DNA of 64,000 bases from contig NC_092677.1 of NCBI RefSeq assembly GCF_964355755.1, forward strand, positions 19,552,101-19,616,100, read 5' to 3'. Made by a program: the position numbers and the translations under genes. This DNA is from Antedon mediterranea. Its lineage: Eukaryota > Animalia > Echinodermata. Below, piece by piece: positions 38,722 to 50,789 of this stretch; within the stretch, counting starts at the first letter, position 1; each line of letters opens with the position of its first letter. Below the pieces are notes generated by a model. That model saw only the letters and a program-made list of their open reading frames with translations. It ran no database searches and had not been told where the DNA came from.

Positions 38722-38838
38722 CTTTTTAGTAGCGTGCAAACGCGACTCTACAGCTCACTATGTCGATCGGTCGGTCGGTAAACACCAACTCAAATTTGAG
38801 CACGCGACTGCAGCCATGTATAGGCCTATGGCCTGTTT
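38722..38838 (+). mobile_element. Miniature HINE of the same family as 8510-9237
   Basis: tttttagtagcgtgcaaacgcgactcta..tcactatgtcgatcggtcggtcgg..gcacgcgact..ggcc..tgttt is a deleted reverse-complement version of 8510-9237. Confidence 0.6.
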
Positions 38839-38925
38839 ATACTAGAAATCAGCAGTGAAAGTATATGTAAATAATATGTGTTAATATAGAATTAGTTGTT
38901 TTATTTTTTAATTTAATAAATAGTA

Positions 38926-41661
38926 TTAAAGTTGATCTTATTCTTTATCTGTGATTAATTATACTCAAATGACTATAGTTTAAAACAGTATTAAACGGCA
39001 TCTTACATTAATGTTATTTGCTGTTTATTCGAAGTTTATCCTATTCTTTATCACTGTGCTCAAATATACCAAAATGACTATAGTTGAGAACAGTGTTAAA
39101 CTGGATCGTACATTAATGTTATTTGTTGTATATTGTTAAGTTTATCCTATTCTTTATCACTGTGCTCAAGTATACCAACATGACTATAGTTGAGAACAGT
39201 GTTAAACTGGATCGTACATTAATGTTTTTTGTTGTATATTGTTAAGTTTATCCTATTCTTTATCACTGTTCTCAAGTATACCAAAATGACTATAGTTGAG
39301 AACAGTGTTAAACTGGATCGTACTTAATGCTATTTGTTGTATATTATTAAGTTTATCCTATTCTTTATCACTGTGCTTAAGTATACCAAAATGACTATAG
39401 TTGAGAACAGTGTTAAACGGGATCGTACATTAATGTTTTTTGTTGTATATTGTTAAGTTTATCCTATTCTTTATCACTGTGCTCAAGTATACCAAAATGA
39501 CTATAGTCGAGAACAGTGTTAAACTGGATCGTACATTAATGTACGTTTTTTGTTGTATATTGTTAAGTTTATCCTATTCTTTATCACTGTTCTCAAGTAT
39601 ACCAAAATGACTATAGTTGAGAACAGTGTTAAACTGGATCGTACATTTATGTTTTTTGTTGTATATTGTTAAGTTTATCCTATTCTTTATCACTGTTCTC
39701 AAGTATACCAAAATGACTATAGTTGAGAACAGTGGTAAACTGGATCGTACATTAATGTTTTTTGTTGTATATTTTTAAGTTTATCCTATTCTTTATCACT
39801 GTGCTCAAGTATACCAAAATGACTATAGTTGAGAACAGTGTTAAACTGGATCGTACATTAATGTTTTTTGTTGTATATTTTTAAGTTTATCCTATTCTTT
39901 ATCACTGTTCTCAAGTATACCAAAATGACTATAGTTGAGAACAGTGGTAAACTGGATCGTACATTAATGTTATTTGTTGTATATTATTAAGTTTATCCTA
40001 TTCTTTATCACTGTGCTCAAGTATACCAAAATGACTATAGTTGAGAACAGTGTTAAACGGGATCGTACATTAATGTTATTTGTTGTATATTGTTAAGTTT
40101 ATCCTATTCTTTATCACTGTGCTCAAGTATACCAAAATGACTATAGTTGAGAACAGTGTTAAACGGGATCATACATTAATGCTATTTGTTGTATATTATT
40201 AAGTTTATCCTATTCTTTATCACTGTGCTCAAGTATACCAAAATGACTATAGTCGAGAACAGTGTTAAACGGGATCATACATTAATGTTATTTGTTGTAT
40301 ATTATTAAGTTTATCCTATTCTTTATCACTGTGCTTAACTATAGCAAAATGACTATAGTTGAGAACAGTGTAAACTGGATCGTACATTAATGTTATTTGT
40401 TGTATATTATTAAGTTTATCCTATTCTTTATCACTGTGCTCAAGTATACCAAAATGACTATAGTCGAGAACAGTGTTAAACGGGATCGTACATTAATGCT
40501 ATTTGTTGTATATTATTAAGTTTATCCTATTCTTTATCACTGTGCTCAAGTATACCAAAATGACTATAGTTGAGAACAGTGTTAAACGGGATCATACATT
40601 AATGTTATTTGTTGTATAATGTTAAGTTTATCCTCTTCTTTATCACTGTGCTCAAGTATACCAAAATGACTATAGTTGAGAACAGTGTTAAACGGGATCA
40701 TACATTAATGTTATTTGTTGTATAATGTTAAGTTTATCCTATTCTTTATCACTGTTCTCAAGTATACCAAAATGACTATAGTTGAGAACAGTGCTAAACT
40801 GGATCGTACATTAATGTTTTTTGTTGTATATTGTTAAGTTTATCCTATTCTTTATCACTGTGCTCAAGTATACCAAAATGACTATAGTCGAGAACAGTGT
40901 TAAACGGGATCATACCTTAATGCTATTTGTTGTATATTATTAAGTTTATCCTATTCTTTATCACTGTGCTTAAGTATACCAAAATGACTATAGTTGAGAA
41001 CAGTGTTAAACTGGATCGTACATTAATGTTATTTGTTGTATATTATTAAGTTTATCCTATTCTTTATCACTGTGCTCAAGTATACCAAAATGACTATAGT
41101 TGAGAACAGTGTTAAACTGGATCGTACATTAATGCTATTTGTTGTATATTATTAAGTTTATCCTATTCTTTATCACTGTGCTCAAGTATACCAAAATGAC
41201 TATAGTTGAGAACAGTGTTATACGGGATCGTACATTAATGTTATATGTTGTATATAGTTAAGTTTATCCTATTCTTTATCACTGTGCTCAAGTATACCAA
41301 AATGACTATAGTTGAGAACAGTGTTAAACTACATCGTACATTAATGTTATTTGTTGTATATTGTTAAGTTTATCCTATTCTTTATCACTGTGCTCAAGTA
41401 TACCAAAATGACTATAGTTGAGAACAGTGTTAAACGGGATCATACATAAATGTTATTTGTTGTATAATGTTAAGTTTATCCTATTCTTTATCACTGTTCT
41501 CAAGTATACCAAAATGACTATAGTTGAGAACAGTGTTAAACTGGATCGTACATTAATGTTATTTGTTGTATATTGTTAAGTTTATCCTATTCTTTATCAC
41601 TGTGCTCAAGTATACCAAAATGACTATAGTTGAGAACAGTGTTAAACGGGATCGTACATTA
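38926..41661 (-). repeat. Same 106-bp unit in reverse orientation, ~26 units (right arm)
   Basis: Repeating tatcctattctttatcactgtgctcaagtataccaaaatgactatagttgagaacagtgttaaactggatcgtacattaatg is the reverse complement of the left-arm unit; the innermost unit is degenerate. Confidence 0.97.
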
Positions 41662-41713
41662 CTTTTATCCTTTGCTTTACTGTGCTTTGATTTGATAAGC
41701 AAGTTTGGTTGCC

Positions 41714-41907
41714 CGCGCCCCGCCCCCATATGCTGCCTACTAAATTAGGATTCCCTAGCTTTTCTATAAAAATTCAAGTACCCACAATGCACGTTATACG
41801 GAAGTCATAGTCTTGTAAAATGCAGACACAATAGTTTTTATCGTATTGTTTTCATTTAAATATCACTAAGATTGTCTTAAACTACAAACAACTAAAATTT
41901 GTGAAGG
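41714..41907 (+). promoter_or_regulatory. Promoter-like motif cluster inside the right end of the foldback element
   Basis: GC box gccccgcccc (41717), tataaaa (41765), ZNF143/Staf-type tacccacaatgcac (41779), ETS cggaagt (41799), then a donor-like AAG|gtatgc at 41907. Motif matches only. Confidence 0.35.
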
Positions 41908-42309
41908 TATGCAAGTGTTTCTAAATATGTATTACTGGTAGTATTAATACAATTTGGATTATATCATTTTCCAGAAAGGTAGAAAAAAACATAAAATAGT
42001 TGAGAATTCTCAACTAGCCAGGATGGTATAGGAAATATAGCTCAACGTGGATGATGCACGTTGTCTACAGATCGACGCGATTAGCTAGCTAGTGGGTTTT
42101 TCCCCAGATGTATGTAAAGCTGAGCTGTTAATTTGTCGGTAAGTACTACACGGTTATTTTAAATATAATAATATATATACCGCAAACGACAGACGTTTGT
42201 TATAACAGGAAGGTTAAATTAATTAACTTAGCCTGGGATTTCTTTTAGGCCTACTAGGGCCTAGCTAGGCCTCCATACCAGGCCTAGATTAGAATTATAC
42301 TGTATGTAC

Positions 42310-44025
42310 TGTAGTGCATGGCGATTGACTAGTGGTTACGTCATCAGCTATATGTCACAGCCAATCGCCTGGCCTACGCGCACCCAATAGTGAAATACGT
42401 CATGACCAGCCCCAGGGGTTGAGGCGCGAGGAACAAGACAGAAGTAAATTATTAATACTATTAAAACTGGAATAGTAGGTGGGATAATATAGGATGATGG
42501 GATCGAATTTGGCGCTCCCATCACTATTGAAGTGAAGGATAATAACTTCTCAACAGTCGCTGAACAGCCGCCTCCTGTCTCGGGACTTGACCAGAAGGAT
42601 AGAATTACCTGCAAGCTAGATAGCCCGGACCTCGACGGCCCTTCTGTTGGGGACCTGGTCAAGCAACAAAAAATTCGGTTTTTGGAGCCGAAGGCCGATG
42701 ACAGACGATGCCTTCAAGACGCTTACCGCACCAACCAACGCCTGGCCGAATGCGTGAGGGAAGCAGCGGTCTGTCTTTCTGGACAGGCTGACCTTAAACG
42801 CGGAGTTGGGCAGTAAAAAAAAAACAAAAAAAATCATTTCATCAACAAGATTGTTTTATTATTCCCGGCACACCGTTCTAAAAAAAAAAAAATCGCTTGG
42901 GTACACACCCCTCCTTAGTTTACTTGCATATCATATTTTCAGCCATAACTCAGTTCATTCTTATGATTTACAGTGTATCCTTTTGGACTGTTTTTAACCC
43001 CAGGACAATTACAGTACCTGTCATTCATCGCACATCAAAAAATTGGCGAAGAGCAAATCCACTTCACATTCCAAAATTTGAGGTCCAACATGTCCTCTAA
43101 CAATGTAGTTGAGACCGTAAGTCCCTTGTTTTAAATACAGGGTTTTTTTTTGTGGGGTCTCTTTTGATGATTTCCTTAAACTAATAATATTGAAGATTGT
43201 ATACACACAAACAGTCAGCCCTATACTGGAATTCCAGAACAAAATGTTTCTGTTGTGTGCTAAATGTTTGCCATTCCCCATAGGCTTGTGTCTCCTTTTT
43301 TTTCAAATCTGTGATTCTTTACCAGATTTTCTTTTGGTGGGCATACAGGTGCCAGTGCTTCCCTGCCTGGCTGCAACCTGGTGGATACCCTATGCCACTT
43401 GGCTTGTAGGGAATTGTTTTTGTTATTTCTTCCTTAACTTTTGCATCACTTGTTCATATGTTTTTACCCATTATTCGTTTGTTAATATGGCATATTTTTG
43501 GATTCAGTCAGGACTAGTCTCCTTTTGGCATTCAAATTTTCAAATTGTTGGGGCTCATTCCCCTCCACTCCACTGAACCTTTAGTATTATACTTTGAAAG
43601 AAACTTTTGGATGCCGGAAGAAGATTTTACAGGATTGCCAGACACTGAAAGAAATATAACATTAACTCTATTTAACTCCACCTATGTGGTATTGGATAGG
43701 ACGAACCAAAATTGGACTATAATGTCAATTGGACATTTGACTAACTTTTACCTGCCCTCTGACCAGTCCAAGGATAGTCAGGAAAAATAAAACAGGAAGG
43801 ATTGTAGTGCCTGGCGATTGGTTAGTGGTTACATCATCTATACATCACAGCCAATCAACTGGCCTACGCGCACTCAACCCTCGAATCTGGGACTGGCCAA
43901 TGTCGAAAATGCGTCATGACCAGCCCCACTGGGGTTAAGGCGCGAGGAAGAGGAATCGCTTTCTCGAAACGAAGACACAAGACAGAAGTAAATTATTAAT
44001 ACATTATTCATCCACGAGTACTACA
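42310..44025 (+). mobile_element. Degenerate LTR retroelement (two diverged LTRs, decayed interior)
   Basis: Direct repeats 42310-~42458 and 43803-44025 both start tgtagtgc; the second ends actaca and is preceded by a purine tract (aaacaggaagga). No intact pol; TSD not evident. Confidence 0.6.
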
Positions 44026-44148
44026 ACCCTGACAGCTCAGGTCACGTGAGTACACGATGAATGTGTTAAATACCGAAGAGACTGGAATAGTCCTCTAGCT
44101 GGTGGCTTAATATAGATAGTCTCTTTAATATGCATAGAGCAGCGGTCA

Positions 44149-47100
44149 TAGTCCAGGAGTATTAGACTTTGAGGTAGAAATAAATATGCTAAAGCTGAAT
44201 TTTTCAGGATAGGTCCATAATGTTGTCTGAAACAACATACTAAAAGTCCCCGGGTTTCCCCGTTGTGCTTCAACCCGATTGGGCCATTTTTCAAAATGGC
44301 GGCCATCTTAAAATTATTTACCATATGCTGACAACCAGTTGGTGTAAGTAAACAATGTTGGTGTCAAAATACTCAGAAGACCCATATTTATATTCACTGT
44401 AATGAAAAAGTTTAACAAAAAATGGTCAGAAATGCCTGTTTTGACCTTTGACCCTAAATTTGGATTATCTCAATATCTCATCAACGACTGGCCGTAGAGA
44501 CTTCAAAGTTGTCCCAAATTATTCAGAATACCCAACTTTCTATTCACTTTAATGAAAGAAAAATACCAAATTCCCTTAGAAACCTTCTATGTTGACCTTT
44601 GAACTATTGACCTAGACATATTTTAATTTTATAGACATCTTAGTGATCGATAGGAGTACACAAGCGAAATTGGTGTCAAAATACTCAGAAGACCCATATT
44701 TATATTCATTATAATAGAAAAGTTTTTAAAAAAATGACCGGAAATGCATGTTTTGAACTTTGACCCTAAATTTGAATTATCTCAATATCTCATCAACGAC
44801 TGGCCGTAGAGACTTCAAAGTTGTCCCAAATTATTCGGAATGCCCAACTTTCTATTCACTTTAATGAAAGAAAAATACCAAATTCCTTTAGAAACCTTCT
44901 ATTTTGACCTTTGAACCCTTGATCTGGTCATATTTTATACCAAAATTGTATAGAAATCTTGGTGATCGATAGGAATACATAAGGGAATTTGGTGTCAAAA
45001 TACTCCAAAACACCCATGTTTCTGTTTACTCTTATAGAAATAATGTACTAAATGCGATTGAAAGTGTTTTGACCTTTGACGAACTGTAAAAATCGACACT
45101 TAGAGTCGTTATTTAACACTGTAAATACAAGTTTAATTAATGTATCCGAATGGTTTCTGGCAAACAGCCTTTCTGTAAATCTAAAAAAGTGCAGCTATGT
45201 TTTGTTTAGAAGTAGTACGATGCCGATTAAATTAGGTCCATTGCAAATTAAACTAAATGGTTCTGTTCTCCCCATGGTCAATCATGCAAAATTTTTGGGT
45301 GTATCCATTGATAGTCGTCTGACATGGAAACCCCATGTTATTGAGACAGAAAACAAAATCTCAAAAAATATTGGTATAATTTGTAGACTGGCATATTTTC
45401 TTCCACATCATATTCTCCGAACACTCTACTGCTCCCTTGTTTTGCCATATCTTTTATATTGCAATATCGTTTGGTGTAACACATTCCCATCTAATTTAAA
45501 TAAACTTCAAATACTACAAAAGAAAATCATTCGAATAATTTCGAATGTTTCACCTAGAACTAGTACAGATCCTTTATTTCGTTCTCTCAAATTATTAAAA
45601 TTAACAGATATTAATATTTTCCAACAATGTTTATTTATTTACAAAAGCCAAAATGCTCTTCTTCCATCTCATTTACGCGATATGTTTTCTCCCAATTATG
45701 AATTTCACGGCTATTCCACAAGAATCCTCAATAACCTTCATATTCCTAAACATAAAAAGACTTCTTTTCAACATAATATTAGATTTACTGGACCCAAGAT
45801 ATGGAACTCACTTCCTAACAAAATTACAACTTCTGCAAACAAACATAGCTTCGTCTTTAACACTAAACAATATCTAATACAAAAGTAAATTAATTAACTA
45901 GTTATATTCTAGGTATCAGTTTTTTATTGTTTTCATATTCCGTTATGGTAATTACTTTATTCCTATATACCATTTACTATTATTTACTAATTTGATTTTA
46001 GTTACTTTTTGTTTTGTTCAGGCACTTTCAACACAAGCTTTTGCTTTTTAGAAATTGTGCCTCCTTCATAATATTGTTTTATTCATGTTAAAGATGAGAA
46101 AAAAAAAAAAAAATTGTATTGTTTTAACTATCTTTCTTCTCGTCATGAATTTTGTGTATTATATTATTTATTTTGTATATTATGAAGGAAATAAATGTTA
46201 TTATGAAATGAAATGAAATGAAAATGAAATGACTTTAATCATTACATTTTAATAAGAATTAGTCTTTTTTCGTGCCTAGCTTACCTGTATAAACCGACAA
46301 TAGCCCGTGCTCTCCAGAAGGAGGGCTTAGATGCAAAAAGTTAAATTTAAGTTGACATAAAGATAGACAGAATCTAACAATTCATCAGTATGGCCATTGC
46401 CATGAGAGGTAAAATTCATTCCAAATTGCTCAGATACTAAACAGACAAACCAAGCCCCAATTTTAAACTATATATATATGATACATTTTACTGTCTGTTT
46501 GGGCTTTAGCCTGTTTTCACTTCTTTTATTCATTAGTAACCAAACAAATTTTATTATTTATTTAGTCTTGAAATATTAAGGTTAGAAATTAGTCCTCCAA
46601 AAAATGCCACGCCTTCTCTATATGGCTAATGTCCATGTTTAAACTTTGGAGCTACACCAATTCTGAAATGTTTCCTCTTCGGCAGTGCCATTTAATATAT
46701 AGCACAGACCACTACTGGTTGATTTGACACACACTTATTGGTAAAATTGTTTTTTTTTTTCAATTGAGCTGCACAGCTATTACATATCTATATCATTTTT
46801 TAAATTGTCTAAAACTGCACACTTTACATAGTCACCCACCCAACCATTTATCAAGGTCTCAGTCCAAGTCTCATTTTAGGCTCTAGTCATACCTCCGATT
46901 CTTATCTGATATGATGCAATTTAATTTTAAAAGAATTATTGCATTTATCTTTAAAATGTGAACATTTTTCTCTGGTTTTTTTTCTAATCAAAATTCTCAA
47001 AAAATCGAAAATACTTCAGGACTATATGATGGTTAATAAAATAAGGGCATGAAAATCTGTTGAAGACCATAACAACTTTACAGTGACAATTTCTTTATAA

Positions 47101-48483
47101 TCCATCTTGATAGATTTGTAAGAGTTTCATATTGTATTTTATTATTTAGGTGGTTTGTCAAATGACACATTGTGACCCTTTGATACCTGAAATTATGGCC
47201 TCATATCTATATTGATAAATATTATTATTCGTCCATCGGACATTTTTTCTAGGCCGTTTCGGATAAATTTGACATCTCATGGCATGATGAATGGTATGAA
47301 ATGTCCATCATGCTATTTGGGACTTATATTATTAAATTATAATGTAGTGATTAAAGTCAAAGGTAAAAAAACATGGGTGTTTTGGAATATTTTGACAACA
47401 AATTCGCTTATGTATTCCTATCAATTACCAAGATTCCTATATAATTATGATATAAAATACTGTATTGGCCAGATCAATAGTTCAAATGGCAAAATAGGTG
47501 GTTTCTAAAGGCTTTTAGTATTTTTCTTTAACTATAGAGTTGGGCACACTGCTTAAGTTAGGACAATTTTGAAGTCTCTACGGCCAGCAGTTGATGCGGT
47601 ATTGAGATAACCCAAATTTAGGGTCAAAGTTATAAATTTTGAAACCAATTTCGTATCCTATCGATCACCAAGATGTCTATAAAAATAAATATGCCTACGT
47701 CAATAGTTCAAAGGTCAAAATAGAAGGTTTTTAAAGGTTTTTGGTATTTTTCTTTCATTAAAGTAAATAGAAAGTTGGGCATTCCGAATAATTTGGGACA
47801 ACTTTGAAGTCTCTATGGCCAGTCGTTGATGAGATATTGAGATAATCCAAATTTAGGGTCAAAGTTCAAAACATGCATTTCCGGTCATTTTTTTAAAAAC
47901 TTTTCCATTATAATGAATATAAATATGGGTCTTCTGAGTATTTTGACACAAATTTTGCTTATGTACTCCTATCGATCACCAAGATGTCTATAAAATTAAA
48001 ATATGCTTAGGTCAATAGTTCAAAGGTCAGAATAGAAGGTTTCTAAAGGAATTTTGTATTTTTCTTTCATTATAGTGAATAGAAAGTTGGGCATTCTGAA
48101 TAATTTGGGACAATTTTGAACTCTGTACGGCCAGTCGTTGATGAGATATTGAGATAATCCAAATTTATGGTCAAAGGTCAAAACAGGCATTTCCGGTCAT
48201 TTTTTAAAAAACTTCTCCATTACAGTGAATATAAATATTGGTCTTCTGAGTATTTTGACACCAAGATTGTTTACTTACACCTACTGGTTGTCAAAATATG
48301 GTAAATAATGTTAAGATGGCCGCCATTTTGAAAAATGGCCCAATCAGGTTGAAGCACAACGGGGAAACCCGGGGACTTTTAGTATGTTGTTCCAGACAAC
48401 ATTGGGGACCTATCCTGAAAAATTCAGCTTTAGCATATTTATTTCTACCTTTGGCCCTTTTTTTGTCTAATACTCCTGGACTA
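44149..48483. mobile_element. Non-autonomous Academ-like element with ~0.9 kb internally repetitive TIRs
   Basis: tca|tagtccaggagtattagac ... gtctaatactcctggacta|tca (TAG..CTA ends, 3-bp TSD); 44149-~45075 mirrors ~47360-48483; ~312-bp subrepeat in each arm. Confidence 0.8.
45085..46232 (+). mobile_element. 5'-truncated LINE (CR1/L2-group), uninterrupted RT C-terminal ORF, nested in the Academ-like element
   Basis: 270-aa ORF 45076-45888: WFLANSLSVNLKK..AKFLGVSIDSRLTWKPH..LRTLYCSLVLPYLLYCNIVW..LQKKIIRII..GPKIWNSLP; 3' UTR ends in (tgaaa)n. Confidence 0.88.
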
Positions 48484-49314
48484 TCAGTCTAATTACCGAA
48501 AACAACAGAAAACAACCAAAAAACAAACCAAAAAAAAAATATAAATATCGAAAACTAATTTTTTTAATGTCGCACTCTACTGACTGGGTGTTTCTAAAGC
48601 TAAGACCATGACAGAGTCTGAGAGAAGACCTTTTTGACGCAATGTGACCATGTTGTTTATGATATTTTGAGTGGTAAAGTGACGGACATTGACACACCAT
48701 CGTTCATTGATGTGACATACCTTCTAGGTTTTTTGTAAATGATGCACCTCTCCCGAGGGTCGTATAGTGGGTCATACAATTGAAAAATGAATCCAAACAA
48801 GCTCATGATACCGATTCACAATAAAATATATTCATTAAAATCACTGTATTCAAGTTATAATATATCATTTCATCCTTAATCACTTCAAAACATGAGCATA
48901 AGCAGTTATACAGTAGGTAAAATCATGCTTGTTTTTGAAAATCGAAAGGCTAAAAATGAAATGTGTTTATAGAATTAGTAAGTAAATGTACGGTGTACTG
49001 TATATCATTTGATTTGTACGATTTTAAGTTGAATTTTGTGCACACTACCATTTCATAGGGTCTTTGCTTTTGAGTGCACGGTCTTCTCTCACCAAGGTCT
49101 TACAGTAGCTTTTAAACCATCAATAGAGGGTGACATTAAAACAAATATTATACAAATTTGTTTTCGGTATTTAGATTTTTCGATAAGTTTGGATATTCTG
49201 GTTTATACGGGCTTAATCAAATTTAGTGTTATTGTATTATACTTATACTAATAGTAAAATTAATGTGTTTGAATAAATTGTTTTCTTGTAATAATAATGT
49301 AATAATAATATTAA

Positions 49315-50567
49315 CAGTGGCGTATCCAGTAGGGGGCCGGGGGGCCCGGGCCCCCCCTGATTTCGTTTCCGTCGGCACATCATCGCGGCCGTCGGCAAAC
49401 AAAGGTGCCGGGGAAAAAAATAAACTATTTATTCTGACAATAATTTAACTGTAAACATAATTCTTTTGAGTGTTTGTTTATTTACATATCATATCATCAT
49501 TGATCCCTTCAGATCAACTATTTTTTATTTTCATTACATCTAACGAAACACGTTAAAAATGTGTAGCACGTACGTACGGCCGTACGCGGTAGATTGTTTA
49601 CTCAAAAGTCTTTGACCTTACCCTAAAACCTTGTTTTTGCATGCAATTGAGCCTCTCATGACCTGAGATTTGTATGTCTTCCTACCCTAAGAGATTATAC
49701 AGTATAGTTCCACATGCCATGTGCTTTTTTGTCTAAGATATATTTATTATAAGTGCCAAAAACCCGGTTTTTTTTCTCGATATGAGGCCTTTATTATTAA
49801 AAATTTTTAAAGAAAAAGCACATATACCATAAAAAATATCCATGTATTTCATTTTTGGAACAGAATATTCCGTGAGGCTCAACTACAAAACCACCATTTT
49901 GTGATATGATGTCATCGTAAGCCAATCAAAGCTGAGCTTTCTCGCGATTGGCATTGCTCACGGTTGAATGATTTAGGATTCTAGCTGATTTGATTGGTGA
50001 ATGCGAATCACCCGCAGCGGAATGTTTTCTCTCGCGCGTGTACCATGAATCTCTCTGATCATTACTACACAAAGTTAGAGCAATGAATTTGTCCGAATTC
50101 CGTTAAGTAAACAACTTTATATATTTTATACGCATTTAATAACATGTTTTATTGATATTTCCAATGGTGATATATAAAATAAATTACTAAAAAACGTAAT
50201 TATATGTAATTATTTTAACCAAAAATGGCGTAGTTAATAGAATTGTCGACTGAGGCCGCAAATTGTTTTACTTCTTTCGTGGCTAAAAACGATCATTTTC
50301 GGCGATGTTTTAGACCCTATATTTCGAAAACTACAAGTCAGATTTTCCTAATTCTTTCTTTATTGTAATATGAATACAACATACTAACAGATAATGTTGG
50401 TTTGGTTTTAATTTTGCATCGTTATCCCATATAAGACAATATGACTATGTAATCCTAGAACATATATTGATCAGAGACGTCGTGTATGTACAGATAATGA
50501 CACCAATTTTGTCGGCAAATTGGCAATTCCCGGCCCCTCCAACTTCAAAATCCTGGATATGCCACTG
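49315..50567. mobile_element. hAT-like MITE with canonical 8-bp TSD
   Basis: aatattaa|cagtggcgtatccag ... ctggatatgccactg|aatattaa. Internal 50262-50362 has an inverted relative at ~54540-54640. Confidence 0.8.
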
Positions 50568-50789
50568 AATATTAAAACATATAGGCCTAATCTATAGGTT
50601 TTATCTTCAATTTTACCCAAAAACCTGTAAAACTTAGCTTATCCTCAAAATTGTTGATTTTTTTCCATATTTGTAATAAATTTTACTATTTTTTTTCTAC
50701 TTCAACTAGTTCAATCAGAAATTACATGTACAGTACAGTAAGTAAAATTGTTAACAATTTTTGTATTTCTTGTTTAGAAACAATCAATC

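Larger units (their letters stand above)
32230..42043. mobile_element. Large foldback-like element with two oppositely oriented 106-bp satellite arrays
   Basis: Flanked by direct repeat aacgtgg (32223-32229, 42044-42050). Imperfect ~48-bp TIR including the perfect 20-bp palindrome tagttgagaattctcaacta at both ends (32257-32276, 41997-42016). Arrays at ~32573-36509 and ~38926-41661 are mutually reverse-complementary. Confidence 0.7.

Noticed and set aside
32573-41661. CRISPR-like array (palindromic repeats at regular spacing)
   Set aside because: Sequence between hairpins is as conserved as the hairpins, so there are no unique spacers; no cas-like ORFs; eukaryotic context.
32681-41748. Similar short ORFs at 32681-32893 (-) and 41563-41748 (+)
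   Set aside because: Chance read-through of the satellite unit in the two inverted arms.
43190-43790. env-like or membrane protein ORFs inside the LTR remnant
   Set aside because: Short, fragmentary and without recognisable domain motifs; cannot be supported without a homology search.
44037-48492. Near-identical ORFs MVNNxKMAAILKNGPI on opposite strands
   Set aside because: They are the two TIRs of the Academ-like element, not a duplicated gene.
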